The translations under genes were made by a program, and so were the position numbers. Shown in pieces: positions 48,931 to 59,567 of a stretch of 64,000 nt of DNA (its first letter is position 1; each line of letters starts with the position of its first letter). The notes under the pieces are model-generated. The model saw only the letters and a program-made list of their open reading frames with translations. It was not told the origin of the DNA and made no database searches. This DNA is from Gemmatimonas sp. (GTDB lineage: Bacteria; Gemmatimonadota; Gemmatimonadetes; Gemmatimonadales; Gemmatimonadaceae). The stretch covers positions 2,496,001 to 2,560,000 of the forward strand of contig OZ257156.1 in the NCBI GenBank assembly GCA_965279375.1, read 5' to 3'.

Positions 48931-49682
48931 CTCGCGCCGGGCTTTTGGCGTCGCATCAGCAGCGCGTATCCGGCGAGTGCGACGCAAAAGGCGCTCATGC
49001 TGCCCACTACAACACGTCCGAGTACGATCTTCGTCCGGCTCGGGTCGCTCATGATGCCGTGGCGCGTGGCATTCCACCCACCGCCGACGAGCGCGCAGGC
49101 AAGCAGCGCGAGCCACGTGCGCTGACGCCACCGCGTGCGTAGCACCGCAGGCCACGCACCCTGCGCCCGCAGGTAGCGCGTGCACCACACGCACACCACC
49201 GCGCCGCCCGCGAGCGAGCTCGCCACCTGCAGTACGTTGTACCACGGCACGGGCCACGAGCCCACCGTCAACGCGGTCGTGCGTAGCACTGGCAGCAATT
49301 CGGGTCCCCACGCATCGCGGTGCGTGAACGCATCCCACACGATGTGAGTCGCGCTTCCGAGGCTCAGCGCGACAATCGCGCGCAGCCACCATCCCGCATT
49401 GTGGGATGTGGAGTGAGCATTGGCCGGCAGTGCCAGCAACGCTCGCGTTGGCGTGCGTAGCAGCATCACCCAGCATGCCAGTGTGAGCGCGCCGACGGGC
49501 AAGCAGAACACAACAAGTCCGCGCCACGAATGGCTCACCATCGCAAACGGTTCGAGGCGAAGCAGATACTCGAAGTCAGGGACCATCGTGCCCAACACGA
49601 ACGCGTCCAACGGCAGACGCCCGACGCCAACTAATCGCCGAAACGGAACAACAGCGGCCGGATGCGCCAACGTGAACGGCAT
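48921..49682 (-). CDS. DUF4184-family membrane protein
   Basis: [30 protein letters not shown]. Confidence 0.85.
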   Translation of the reverse strand: MPFTLAHPAAVVPFRRLVGVGRLPLDAFVLGTMVPDFEYLLRLEPFAMVSHSWRGLVVFCLPVGALTLACWVMLLRTPTRALLALPANAHSTSHNAGWWLRAIVALSLGSATHIVWDAFTHRDAWGPELLPVLRTTALTVGSWPVPWYNVLQVASSLAGGAVVCVWCTRYLRAQGAWPAVLRTRWRQRTWLALLACALVGGGWNATRHGIMSDPSRTKIVLGRVVVGSMSAFCVALAGYALLMRRQKPGASYM

Positions 49683-49698
49683 CGTCCGCTCTCGTCGC

Positions 49699-50610
49699 TC
49701 AGCGCACGCGTGAGAGAGCGTCGCCCGCGCCAGTCCAATAACCCACGACTTCGCCGAGTCCCCACGACACCACGAACGCGCCGATGAACGGCATCGTGGC
49801 GAGCACGCGACCCATCGGCACTTGTTTGGCGACTAGGCTGCGCGTGATGCGCAGCCAGAGGAGCGGCGGTAGCGCGAACGCCGCGGCGCCGGTCGCCATC
49901 CGCTTCGCGAACGACGCGCCACGCATGCGCGCGCCCGCATACGATCGCGAGTACAGAAAGCGCTGTCCGATGTACTCGAAGAACCCGAAATGCTTCTTGT
50001 GCCCCACGAGCAAATCCGCGTGGCAGATGAGACGCACACCGCTCGCCCGCATCGCGTCGTGCAAACGGTTCTCCCACGCGCCCTCGGCGGTCACCGTCAG
50101 GAACTCGGCCAGACGTGTTCGACGGTAGACCACGTTGTTGCCCGGCAGCCACGGCACTTCTCCCTCGGGGAGCGGCGGCAGGCAGGCGCTGTACTCGCAC
50201 AGGAAGGTCGCCCAGTCGAGCAAACGCCCGGTGGCTGCGTTCTCGATTGGTCCACCGACGACATCGTGCCCGCTCGCCAGCGCGGCCAGTAAGCGAGTTC
50301 CCCACTCTGGCGGCACGATGACGTGATCCTCGATGACCGCGATGGCGTCCGCGCGCGCGATGCGGAACGCCTGGTCGCGCATCTGCGGGATCGTCGTGCT
50401 GCGCGGCACGGCATGCAGCGTCACCCACGGGAAGCGGCGCTGGATCGTCTCGGCGACATTGCCACCAAGACGGTCGACGATCAGCACCTCGAGCGGCAGA
50501 CGGGCACGCACCGCCTCCAGCGCCTCGCAGCAGGGCACGAGATCGTGCAGACCGTTCACGGACGGCACGACGATGGTCAGTGCTGGATGGCTCGCTTGGG
50601 GATCAGACAC
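49699..50610 (-). CDS. GT2 glycosyltransferase with C-terminal TM region
   Basis: LTIVVP, IAVIEDH, W, GG.I, GE..G; start approximate. Confidence 0.75.
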   Translation of the reverse strand: MSDPQASHPALTIVVPSVNGLHDLVPCCEALEAVRARLPLEVLIVDRLGGNVAETIQRRFPWVTLHAVPRSTTIPQMRDQAFRIARADAIAVIEDHVIVPPEWGTRLLAALASGHDVVGGPIENAATGRLLDWATFLCEYSACLPPLPEGEVPWLPGNNVVYRRTRLAEFLTVTAEGAWENRLHDAMRASGVRLICHADLLVGHKKHFGFFEYIGQRFLYSRSYAGARMRGASFAKRMATGAAAFALPPLLWLRITRSLVAKQVPMGRVLATMPFIGAFVVSWGLGEVVGYWTGAGDALSRVR

Positions 50611-50670
50611 GACTCGACCACTGGTAGAAGAGAAGATCGCTGCGGGCACTCGGGTGCCGGTGGCAAATGC

Positions 50671-52080
50671 TCACAGCGAAATCACCGGCAGCGCGCCGCG
50701 CCGCAGACGAATGATACCGACTGCCAGCATCGCGCCGACATAGCTCGCCGCGCCGATAGGAATGCTGACGAATACCGGACGATCGGCGACGAAATACACG
50801 CAACCACCCATGCACGCCGCCGCGATGCCGATGCGCACGAAGCGGCGCAGAGGGGTCATCGCCAGCCCAAGCCGCGAGGAGTAGTGCAGGGCGAGCGCGG
50901 TGCGCGCGCCTTCGGTGGCGAGCGTCGCCACCGCAGCACCGGCCAGCCCCCAGCGCGGAATGAGCAGGAAATTCAACGCCACATTGGCACCGGCCGCCCA
51001 CGCGGCTGTGCGTAGCATCAGATCGGGACGCTCGTTGGCCAGCAACACGCCTTGCGCGACGTTGCGCAGCAGCGCCACCGGTATCACGAGCAGCAACAGT
51101 TGGAGCGGTTGCACGCTCGCCGCGTACTCGCTGCCGTAAATCAGTGATACCAGCGGTCCCGCCACCAGCACACCGCCGATCGCGACCGGTAGTCCGCCTG
51201 CCATCACCTGCGCCATCGCGCCATCGAAGAGCTCCCGAGACGCCGTCGCGTCGGCTCGCACGCGCGTGATGCTGGGGATCAGGCTCATCGTGTACGCCAC
51301 GCCCAAGTTCTGCGAAAAACTGATCAGCGTGTAGGCGGCGGCATAGTAGCCCACGGCCTCGCTGCCCTGGAGCGCGCGAAGAAACAGGAAATCGCTGTTG
51401 AAGATCGCGAGCCCCAAGAGTCCATGCAGCAACACGGTCCACGAACGACGCAGCAGCGGCGCGATGACGCCTGGCCGCAGCTGAAGGCGCAGCCGTCGTA
51501 CCGCCACGGGCAGTGTGCGGAAAAGGAAAATCGCGCCGAGGGTCTCGCCAAGCACCTGCGCCATGGGGACGCGCAGCAGATCCGCTGGCGTGTGCACGAA
51601 CAACAGCACGCATGCGGCCGCGGCGATTTCGTTCATCACGCGCGCCCACGAAGCGTTGGCCGCTTGCTCGAGACCCAGATGCACCCACCGCGTCCCGAGT
51701 GCCACGGTCACCAGCGTGATCGAATACATGGCGAGTACCGGACCATCTGGCTTTGGCAACAGCAGTAGCGCAGCCGGCACCGTGATCGCGATCAGCGCCA
51801 CACTGACCAGCAGCCGTGCGCCCAGAATCGGTGGCAGCGTTGTCGGGAGCGCATCCGGATGCTCCGCGACTTCGCGCACCCCCAGCATGTCGATGCCGCA
51901 ATCGGCCACGAACGTGAGGTAGAGCATGATCGTGGTGGCGGATGCCACGACACCGTACACCGTCGCACCGAGCGTCCGCGCGAGATAGACACTCGCCGCG
52001 AACGCGAAGAGACGCGACGCAATCTCGCCAACCCCAAGCGTCAGAAAGCGTCGGCCGACGGAAGACGCTCCGGAACTCAT
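50671..52080 (-). CDS. Wzx/MOP-family oligosaccharide flippase
   Basis: LARTLG...YG, VGYYAAA, LNFLLIPRWG..GAA.AT; many TMs. Confidence 0.9.
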   Translation of the reverse strand: MSSGASSVGRRFLTLGVGEIASRLFAFAASVYLARTLGATVYGVVASATTIMLYLTFVADCGIDMLGVREVAEHPDALPTTLPPILGARLLVSVALIAITVPAALLLLPKPDGPVLAMYSITLVTVALGTRWVHLGLEQAANASWARVMNEIAAAACVLLFVHTPADLLRVPMAQVLGETLGAIFLFRTLPVAVRRLRLQLRPGVIAPLLRRSWTVLLHGLLGLAIFNSDFLFLRALQGSEAVGYYAAAYTLISFSQNLGVAYTMSLIPSITRVRADATASRELFDGAMAQVMAGGLPVAIGGVLVAGPLVSLIYGSEYAASVQPLQLLLLVIPVALLRNVAQGVLLANERPDLMLRTAAWAAGANVALNFLLIPRWGLAGAAVATLATEGARTALALHYSSRLGLAMTPLRRFVRIGIAAACMGGCVYFVADRPVFVSIPIGAASYVGAMLAVGIIRLRRGALPVISL

Positions 52081-52094
52081 CGGCGTCGGCCCAT

Positions 52095-53036
52095 CTACGC
52101 GCGAGCGGTCAGAATCCCCGACACTTCACCCACGGTCCACGCCACGAGATACAACAGCACGGCCGGTGAGGCGAGGGCAAAGCGCACGGCGTTTCCCTTC
52201 GCCGCGTGCGCGCGGGCGTGGCGGATCAACACGGTGAACGGAATGAGCGGCCCGGCTGCGCCGAGGACCAGACGCTTGCCGAGTCCAAGCTGTCGGGCAC
52301 GGATCGCGCCGAACAGTCGGCCCCAGTGATAGCGCTCCTGCAGCAGCTGCCCGAGCGGCACCCCTTCGCGATGATGCTCCACTACGAGTTCATTCGAGAG
52401 GAAAAGCGTGTCACCCTGCTGCTGCAGTGACCAGTGCACCACGGGCTCCTGGTACCGCTCGCGCCAGAGCGTGCGCGTCTGTTCCAGCGCGCGTCGCTTG
52501 TACACCACGTTCACGTCGCTCACCCAGTCACGCGGCCCGCTCTCGAACGGCGAGGTGTAACGCGTGAAGTCGCACACGTGCACCGCCCAGCCAGCGAGAC
52601 TCGTCGGCTCCGGATCGATCGCGCCGCCGATCACGCCGTGCGGAAGCGCAGCATGCAGTCGAACCGCCGTGCGGGCCCAGTCATGCCTCGGCGCGCCACG
52701 ATCTTCGACGATCGCGATCAGTTCGCCCGTCGCGGCCGCCAGCCCTGCCGCGCGACGCCGATCGAACAGCTCGTGCTCGCCACCGGCGGAGGTCGCCGGC
52801 TGTTCCGTCGCCACCACGCCGAGCGGCATGAACCGCACGCTCGGGAAATCCGCCGCGAGCGTCACATGCTTCGCGGCCGTCTCGTCGTACGGAACCAGAA
52901 TTTCCATCGGTGGCGCATCGCGCTGCGTCGTCAACGCCGTCAGCAATCGACGGACCGCCGCGCCACCTTCGACAATCGTCACGATCACCGACAGCAGCGG
53001 ATCGGCGGACTGCGCTGCGCTGTGCGGAACCGTCAT
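52095..53036 (-). CDS. GT2 glycosyltransferase (paralog of 49699-50610)
   Basis: LLSVIV, IAIVEDR, GG.I, N..YKR, GE..G; TGATG coupling. Confidence 0.72.
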   Translation of the reverse strand: MTVPHSAAQSADPLLSVIVTIVEGGAAVRRLLTALTTQRDAPPMEILVPYDETAAKHVTLAADFPSVRFMPLGVVATEQPATSAGGEHELFDRRRAAGLAAATGELIAIVEDRGAPRHDWARTAVRLHAALPHGVIGGAIDPEPTSLAGWAVHVCDFTRYTSPFESGPRDWVSDVNVVYKRRALEQTRTLWRERYQEPVVHWSLQQQGDTLFLSNELVVEHHREGVPLGQLLQERYHWGRLFGAIRARQLGLGKRLVLGAAGPLIPFTVLIRHARAHAAKGNAVRFALASPAVLLYLVAWTVGEVSGILTARA

Positions 53037-54097
53037 CACGTCCACATGGAGCCGAGTGGTGCGAGGTGCACGGCCTCGCGCGTTGCCGAACTTCGGCGCA
53101 CGGCATCGGCCATCTGCAGCGTTCTCAATCCGGCGTATCCATCGGCCAGCGCGCCACTCGGCTTTCCGGCGATGCGTGCAAGGAAGTCCCGTAGCTCCCC
53201 ATCGAACGTGAGTCGCGTGGTGGTGGTCCACGACTTCAGCTTCTCGCGAATCATCACGTCGAGATAGCGGCGACGCTCCGTCGTGCGTGGCCCGCCCGGC
53301 TTGGCATGCGTGATCACGATGTTCGACATAGGCGCGTAGGAGCCGCGAACCATGCCGAGTGGTCCGTACACCTCGATGGCGGCCTGATATCCCTTCCACT
53401 CGGTCCACGTGGCTTCGTACGTGGCCGCGACGCCCGCCGCGTTGCGGAACACGGCGACCGCGTTGTCTTCCGAGCCCGGCACGTTCCAGATGGATTCCGA
53501 CATCATGCCGTACACATCGGTGACTTCGCCGAGGAAGTAGCGCGCGAGGTCGGACATGTGAATGCCGACATCCATCATCGCGCCGCCGCCCGACACGGGC
53601 GACTTGTATTGCCAGTCAGCGCGGAAGTTGGCGAGGCCGTCATGGCCGCCGAAGATCCGGATGTGATCGATCGGTCCGATGCGACCGGCGTCCACCACCT
53701 CCCGCACGTACTGCATCGCGGGGTAGTAGCGCAGGTTGAAGCCCACGGCGAGAATGCGATTGGCCTTCTGTGCGGCGGCGATGATGCGTTCGCACGATGC
53801 GATCGTGTTCGACAGCGGCTTCTCGCACAGCACGTGCAGTCCCTTGTCGAACGCGGCCAGGCACTGCTCCTCGTGCAGCTGAATCGGCGACGAGATGACC
53901 GCGGCGTCCATTGGCTCGCGCAGAAACGCGTCCATGTCCGACACGGCGACCGCGCTGCTCCCCTTGATTGCGGCGGCGGCTGCCCCCGGCGACACGTCGC
54001 ACACCGCGACCAGCTCGCTCGCCGGACCTTCGCGGATGCTGTCGGCTCGCAGCCGGCCAATCGTGCCCGCGCCCACCACGCCCAGTCTCATCGTCAT
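53036..54097 (-). CDS. Gfo/Idh/MocA-family oxidoreductase
   Basis: GVVGAG.IG, HVLCEKP, GFNLRY, GGG.MMD.G.H. Confidence 0.92.
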   Translation of the reverse strand: MTMRLGVVGAGTIGRLRADSIREGPASELVAVCDVSPGAAAAAIKGSSAVAVSDMDAFLREPMDAAVISSPIQLHEEQCLAAFDKGLHVLCEKPLSNTIASCERIIAAAQKANRILAVGFNLRYYPAMQYVREVVDAGRIGPIDHIRIFGGHDGLANFRADWQYKSPVSGGGAMMDVGIHMSDLARYFLGEVTDVYGMMSESIWNVPGSEDNAVAVFRNAAGVAATYEATWTEWKGYQAAIEVYGPLGMVRGSYAPMSNIVITHAKPGGPRTTERRRYLDVMIREKLKSWTTTTRLTFDGELRDFLARIAGKPSGALADGYAGLRTLQMADAVRRSSATREAVHLAPLGSMWT

Positions 54098-54349
54098 TCA
54101 AAACTCTGCTTGCGCCGAAGTCGGCAGCGAAAAGGTTCAGGGTCGTCGTCGCGCGCCGTCAGAGGGCGCTGCACGACTGCGCAGTCACAGAAGAGGGACT
54201 CCGGCCGGAGCGAGCCGTAACGTATAATATCTGCGTTCGTCCAACACCGGCGGCACCGAGCACCGTGTCCTCGCGGCGGGCGGTCGCAACCGGCGGCACT
54301 CACCCCCGGTGCGCGGCGTTGGCGAGGTCATTGCGCGAGGAGCGTGGGG

Positions 54350-55564
54350 ATGGGAGCAGAAGGGAGACAGCAGACGCGAGGTCTGCGCATCGGCGTCGAT
54401 GCGTCGTGCTGGGCCAACGAGCGTGGCTACGGCCGATTCACGCAGGAACTGCTCCGCGAAATGGTCCGCATGGCCCCCGAACACACGTTCGTGTGCTTCG
54501 TCGACGAGGCGGTGGAGCGTCGCTGGGATCTCATCGCCCCGAACGTCACGGTCGTGCGCGTGCCGCAATCGGTTACGCCGACCGACGCCGCGCACGCCGA
54601 CGGCAATCGAGGGCCCGCCGACATCCTGCGCTTCTCGCGCGCCGTCTGGGGTGAACGGCTCGATGTGTTCTTCTCCCCCAGCGTGTACACGTACTTTCCG
54701 CTCCCGCCTGGACTCCCGGCGGTCGTCACGGTACACGACGCCATCGCGGAACGCTTCCCCGAGCTCACGCTGCCCAGTGGACGCGCGCGGCTTTTCTGGA
54801 AGGCGAAGGTCTGGCTTGCGCTCGCGCAGTGTCGCATCGTGCTCACCGTCAGCGACTATGCCGCGCGTGATATCGTCGAAGTGCTCGGCGTGGCGCGCTC
54901 GCGCCTGCGCGTGGCCGTGGAAGCGCCCGCTGCGGTGTATACGCCGAGTGCGCCGGCTGACGTGGCTGCGGCAGCCATCAGAGTCGGGCTACCACCGGGC
55001 GCACGCTGGATCACCTACGTGGGGGGATTCAGTCCGCACAAGCGAGTGCCGGCCATCGTGAGAGCGCACGGCGTGCTGGCCGCACAGTTGGGAAGCGCGG
55101 CTCCCCATCTGCTGCTCGTCGGCAAACTCAGTGGCGACGCCTTTCTGAGTAATCATCAGGACATTCGGGACGCCATTGCGACAGCTGGCACGGAAGCGCT
55201 CGTCCACTGGACCGGGTTCCTCCCCGACGAGGAGCTACGGCATCTGCACAGCGGTGGGCTGGCGTTGGTGCTGCCGTCGCTGGCCGAAGGCTTCGGACTA
55301 CCCGCGGTCGAAGCGGCCGCGTGCGGTTCGCCGGTCATCGCGACGACCGCCAGTCCGCTCCCGGAGCTGTTGCACGGCGCAGGGCTCTTCGTGGATCCCC
55401 ACGATGAACCCGCGCTGGCGAATGCGATGCTGCAACTCGCCACGGATGACGCGGCACGCGCCCAGATGGCGGCGCTCGCGATCATCCGCACCGATGCGCT
55501 GACGTGGAGCCGCGCCTCCCGTGTCACGCTCGACGCGCTTGCGGAGGCAGTCGGCGGGCGCTGA
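54350..55564 (+). CDS. GT4 glycosyltransferase
   Basis: TVHD, PHK, PSLAEGFGLP.VEA.ACG.PV; GAGGAG RBS. Confidence 0.92.
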   Translation: MGAEGRQQTRGLRIGVDASCWANERGYGRFTQELLREMVRMAPEHTFVCFVDEAVERRWDLIAPNVTVVRVPQSVTPTDAAHADGNRGPADILRFSRAVWGERLDVFFSPSVYTYFPLPPGLPAVVTVHDAIAERFPELTLPSGRARLFWKAKVWLALAQCRIVLTVSDYAARDIVEVLGVARSRLRVAVEAPAAVYTPSAPADVAAAAIRVGLPPGARWITYVGGFSPHKRVPAIVRAHGVLAAQLGSAAPHLLLVGKLSGDAFLSNHQDIRDAIATAGTEALVHWTGFLPDEELRHLHSGGLALVLPSLAEGFGLPAVEAAACGSPVIATTASPLPELLHGAGLFVDPHDEPALANAMLQLATDDAARAQMAALAIIRTDALTWSRASRVTLDALAEAVGGR

Positions 55565-55653
55565 CCTGCACGGCGTCGCGAACCTGGAGGTGATGGGTCT
55601 GCTCGTCGTCAGCGCGAGCGCGTCATCAGCGCCGCGTCCGCGACGATCGTTGG

Positions 55654-57243
55654 TCAGCGACGGAACGAACGTCGGAACTCAGTGAGCGCGTCGCAGGCGT
55701 TATCGCGCGCGTCCGGATTTGATCGCGTGGCCAGCACGACGCTTCCTTCAGGAAACTTCTGCGCCAGCGTGAAATCGGCACAGGACGCGATCAGCCCATC
55801 CGCGAGAGAAACCGTTTCAAAGTCGTGGAGCGGCGTCAGCACGACGTAGCCGATGCCACGGCTGCGTACCATGGCACCGAACTGCTCGGGCGGTGCCTGC
55901 TTCACGATGAGCGCGCTCTCGACTCGTCGCTTGCTCAGGAACGCCACCGAACTGGCACGCCAGGCCAGCGCGTTCGCCGTTGGTGCCGTGTTCGCCGCCA
56001 GGTATTGCGAGGCCAGAATCATATCACGCGTCTTCGCGTCGTAACACTGCGGCTTGTCGTACGGATCGCTGCGGTCGCACTGCGAGCGGTCGACCACGAG
56101 ACTGCGAGTGCCCGTCGCACTGCAGTAGACCAGCACCAGGAGAAACGCGACGCGCACCGGCGGTCGCCACCGCGCTGTCAGGTACTGGGTCAGGCTCCAC
56201 ATGCCGTACACGACGGCCAGCACGACGAGCGGTACCGCCGGCACCGTCAGTCGGCTGTCACGATACGGGAATGCGAAGACGACCCCCGCATAGCAGATCA
56301 GGTACAGTGCCGCCGCGCGCCACCGCTTCCAGAGCAGCCACAGGCCAAAGGGCAGTCCGACGTAGAACAGCAGCAGCAACGGCAAGACGCGCAGTGTGGC
56401 GGTCGACCCTGAGCGCAGCCACATGTCGGCCGGCAGCGCGTAGAGCAGGTACTCCTTCGCGCCAAGCAACACGCGCGTGATGAACCCGATCTGCTCTCGC
56501 GCGGCAGCCGGCACCCCGGTGAGCCCCAGATCGAACGCGTACGAGCGCACCGAGGGTTCGATGGCTTGAACGCGCCACACATAGGTGAACCATCCACCGA
56601 CCGCGGCCGCAGAAACGATCGCGAAGAACAGCCATTCACGATTCCGACGGGTGCCCAGGAGCAACCAGAGGCCAATCGCGGCGACCATCGCGATGCCGGC
56701 GGTGCGCGTCAAAAAGCACACGGCCGACAACAAAATCGCCACGTAGCTCCAGCCGCGCGCACCGGAGTCCGCGCGGAGCGCCGCAATGAGCGTCAGTACG
56801 CTCAGGAGCAGGAAGAGCGACTCCGAGTAGTACGAACCGGCGAGCCGCAGCACGCCACGGTTAATGCACAACAGAAACAGCGGCGCGATAGCCAGCCATC
56901 CTCCGTGTATGCCGTCCGCCCATCCACTTCGGACCGTGCGCCCGGCGACGCAGAGCAACACCATCGCCGTCGCGGCGAGCACCAGATTCACCGCTGGAAT
57001 CAGCTCCAGCTTCTCCTGCACGACGGAACGCGCGACGGCAAGAAAGATCGGATAGCCGGGCGGGTACTTGATGTGCAGAGGTGCGCTGGGACGATAGACC
57101 TCCCGATACGTTCCCTGCCGCACAGCATCGCTGAGCGAGAAGTACGTCAGCTCATCGCCAGATCGCAGCTCGACCTTCGATCGGCCGGCCCACCCAATCG
57201 CGACAAACAGACAGGCGAGCAGCACCACGACGGCGATCTGCAT
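55654..57243 (-). CDS. GT-C fold membrane glycosyltransferase (ArnT/PMT-like)
   Basis: GDE..Y, YPPGYP, SE, LTR..G; start uncertain (may lie further upstream). Confidence 0.72.
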   Translation of the reverse strand: MQIAVVVLLACLFVAIGWAGRSKVELRSGDELTYFSLSDAVRQGTYREVYRPSAPLHIKYPPGYPIFLAVARSVVQEKLELIPAVNLVLAATAMVLLCVAGRTVRSGWADGIHGGWLAIAPLFLLCINRGVLRLAGSYYSESLFLLLSVLTLIAALRADSGARGWSYVAILLSAVCFLTRTAGIAMVAAIGLWLLLGTRRNREWLFFAIVSAAAVGGWFTYVWRVQAIEPSVRSYAFDLGLTGVPAAAREQIGFITRVLLGAKEYLLYALPADMWLRSGSTATLRVLPLLLLFYVGLPFGLWLLWKRWRAAALYLICYAGVVFAFPYRDSRLTVPAVPLVVLAVVYGMWSLTQYLTARWRPPVRVAFLLVLVYCSATGTRSLVVDRSQCDRSDPYDKPQCYDAKTRDMILASQYLAANTAPTANALAWRASSVAFLSKRRVESALIVKQAPPEQFGAMVRSRGIGYVVLTPLHDFETVSLADGLIASCADFTLAQKFPEGSVVLATRSNPDARDNACDALTEFRRSFRR

Positions 57244-57515
57244 CGGTCGCACGAAGCGACCCCCGAAGTCGCCGGCTAACGCGCCACCTTCGGCCACGGC
57301 TGCTTTGGGCCCACGTATCGCGGCCGGTGGGCCATCTATCAACGTATGCTCTCCAGATCGAGAATTTCGCGGACGCGACGCGTTCGGCTGCATATTGTAG
57401 CCGCCGCGTCCGCCGATCGCACGCATCGGAGAAGCTGCGCGGATCGCCACCCGTCTTCCACCGTCCTCGCGCTAAGATTTCCGCGAGGCCGCCCAGACCC
57501 GAGGACTGATCGACG

Positions 57516-58751
57516 TTGACCAAGGCTCCGCTCCGTTTCGCGATGGTGACCACCTTCTATCCGCCGTACAACTTCGGTGGTGACGGAATGGGGATCCTGC
57601 GCTTGGCGCAGGCATTGGTGCGCCGCGGTCACAGTGTGACAGTCATCCACGATGGTGATGCGTACATCACCTTGGCAGGTCGAGCGCCGTCGGCGGGATT
57701 CGCCGATGACGGGGTCGAAGTTGTGACACTGCGAAGCCAACTGGGCGCGGTGTCGAACCTGCTGACGCAGCAGACAGGTCGGCCGGTGGTCCACGGAGCG
57801 CGCATCAAGGAGGTGCTGGACGCAGGGCGTTTCGATGTGACGGTCTTCAACAACATCTCGCTGGTCGGAGGCCCCGGCATCCTTCGCTACGGCGTGGGCG
57901 CGACGATCTATCTCGCGCACGAGCATTGGCTGGTCTGCCCATCCCACGTGCTCTGGCGACACGGCCGCGAAGTGTGCACGGGGAAGGAATGTCTCCGCTG
58001 CGTCCTGAGCTATCGCCGGCCGCCGCAACTCTGGCGCTATACGGGGCTGCTGGAGCGCGAACTGCGACATGTCGACCGCTTCGTGGCGATGAGTGAGTTC
58101 AGCAAGGCCAAGCACAAGGAGTTCGGATTCTCCCGCGATATGACGGTGGTGCCGTACTTCCTACCCGATGCCGACGACGCACCGGTCGTCGCCGCCGACG
58201 CCTCACCGCACGATCGCCCGTACTTCCTGTTCGTAGGACGACTCGAGAAGATCAAGGGTCTCGACGACGTCCTGCCGGTCTTCGATCGCTTCGACCGGGC
58301 GGATCTCCTCATCGCCGGCGACGGCGAGTACACGGCCACGCTCAAGGCGATCGCTGGCGACAATCCGCGCATCAAGTTCCTCGGTCGCGTCACACCGACC
58401 GACCTGTCGCGCTACTACCGCCATGCGGCCGCGCTGCTCGTGCCCAGCGTCTGCTTCGAAACGTTCGGCATCATCATCATCGAGGCATTCAGGCAGGGCA
58501 CGCCGGTGGTGGCGCGTCGCATCGGCCCGTTTCCTGAACTGCTCGATCACGCCGGCGCCGGCGACCTCTTCGACTCGCCGGAACAGCTCGAGGCGGCGCT
58601 GCATCAGTACCTCGACGACCCCGATCGACGCGCGCGACTCAGTGCCGCCGCAGTCAAGGCATTCAAGGAGACATGGTCCGAGACGGCGGTCATTCCGCGC
58701 TTCATGCAGGTCGTCTCCGAGGCCCGCATCGCGTCGGAGATGCGCGACTAA
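57516..58751 (+). CDS. GT4 glycosyltransferase
   Basis: TFYPPY.FGG, HEHWL.CP, FVGRL.KIKG, PS...ETFG..IIEA. Confidence 0.92.
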   Translation: MTKAPLRFAMVTTFYPPYNFGGDGMGILRLAQALVRRGHSVTVIHDGDAYITLAGRAPSAGFADDGVEVVTLRSQLGAVSNLLTQQTGRPVVHGARIKEVLDAGRFDVTVFNNISLVGGPGILRYGVGATIYLAHEHWLVCPSHVLWRHGREVCTGKECLRCVLSYRRPPQLWRYTGLLERELRHVDRFVAMSEFSKAKHKEFGFSRDMTVVPYFLPDADDAPVVAADASPHDRPYFLFVGRLEKIKGLDDVLPVFDRFDRADLLIAGDGEYTATLKAIAGDNPRIKFLGRVTPTDLSRYYRHAAALLVPSVCFETFGIIIIEAFRQGTPVVARRIGPFPELLDHAGAGDLFDSPEQLEAALHQYLDDPDRRARLSAAAVKAFKETWSETAVIPRFMQVVSEARIASEMRD

Positions 58752-59491
58752 CCGCGCGCCAACCGCTCCCGCACCGCGCGCAGTGCACGCCGCAACGCGA
58801 AGTACCCCTCGGCGCGCCCATCGAGATACGCGCGCCACTGAAGCACGTCGCGGAAGTAGTGCATCTCGATGCGCGGGAGATCGTGCGGATCATCGCGGCG
58901 CGTGACGCGCGCGAGTCGAGTACCGCAGGACACCGCGTAGGTCTTCTTCGCTTCGGCGATGACCGCAGCGTTCGTCGCGCCGTAGGGCGGCGCAAAGCTC
59001 GTTGGGGCCACGCCCAACTCGCGCGTGATGTCCGCGTGCACCTGTTGCACTTCGCGCCTCAGCGCATCCGCGGTCAACGTGGTCAGCTTGGCATGGGTCA
59101 CACTGTGACCGCCAAAATCGAACCCCGCAGCGGACAGCTCGCGCACCTGCGTCCACGGCATCAAGAGTCGCGACGGTGTCGCCAGCTCACCGGGCCAGTT
59201 CGCCGGCCCGCCCATCTTCTCGCTCGGCAGAAACACCGTCGCCGGCCATCCGCGCGCCTTGAGAATCGGCGCAGCTTCGGTCGCGAAATCCACGAAGCCG
59301 TCATCGAAGGTGATGGCCACCGACTTCTCGGGCAGCGATAGCGTACCCGCAATCCATGGCGCCACGTCGGCCACCGGCACCACGCGGTAGCCGGCCTCGT
59401 GGAGCGCGTCCATCTGCCCGCGAAAGACGCTCGCCGGAATGCTCGTGGGACCTGGATCGTCCGAGATCGAGTGATACGTGAGAATCTGCAC
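58748..59491 (-). CDS. Polysaccharide deacetylase (IcaB/NodB-like)
   Basis: ILTYHS, ITFDDG, GGHSVTH, FAPPYG, LPR. Confidence 0.9.
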   Translation of the reverse strand: MQILTYHSISDDPGPTSIPASVFRGQMDALHEAGYRVVPVADVAPWIAGTLSLPEKSVAITFDDGFVDFATEAAPILKARGWPATVFLPSEKMGGPANWPGELATPSRLLMPWTQVRELSAAGFDFGGHSVTHAKLTTLTADALRREVQQVHADITRELGVAPTSFAPPYGATNAAVIAEAKKTYAVSCGTRLARVTRRDDPHDLPRIEMHYFRDVLQWRAYLDGRAEGYFALRRALRAVRERLARG

Positions 59492-59500
59492 AGGGCAGAA

Positions 59501-59544
59501 TCTACGACGATTCGGCGACGATTCTACGGCGATTCTACCGCGAT
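59501..59544. repeat. Four imperfect 11-bp tandem repeats
   Basis: TCTACGACGAT / TCGGCGACGAT / TCTACGGCGAT / TCTACCGCGAT. Confidence 0.75.
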
Positions 59545-59567
59545 CTGCTTCCGGCCGCCGCGCGACG

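Noticed and set aside
49865..49874. GGCGGTAGCG, ops/JUMPstart-like
   Set aside because: Lies inside a CDS on the template strand; expected by chance at this GC content.
59501..59544. Repeat array read as CRISPR or iterons
   Set aside because: 11-bp units with no spacers; no cas or rep gene nearby.
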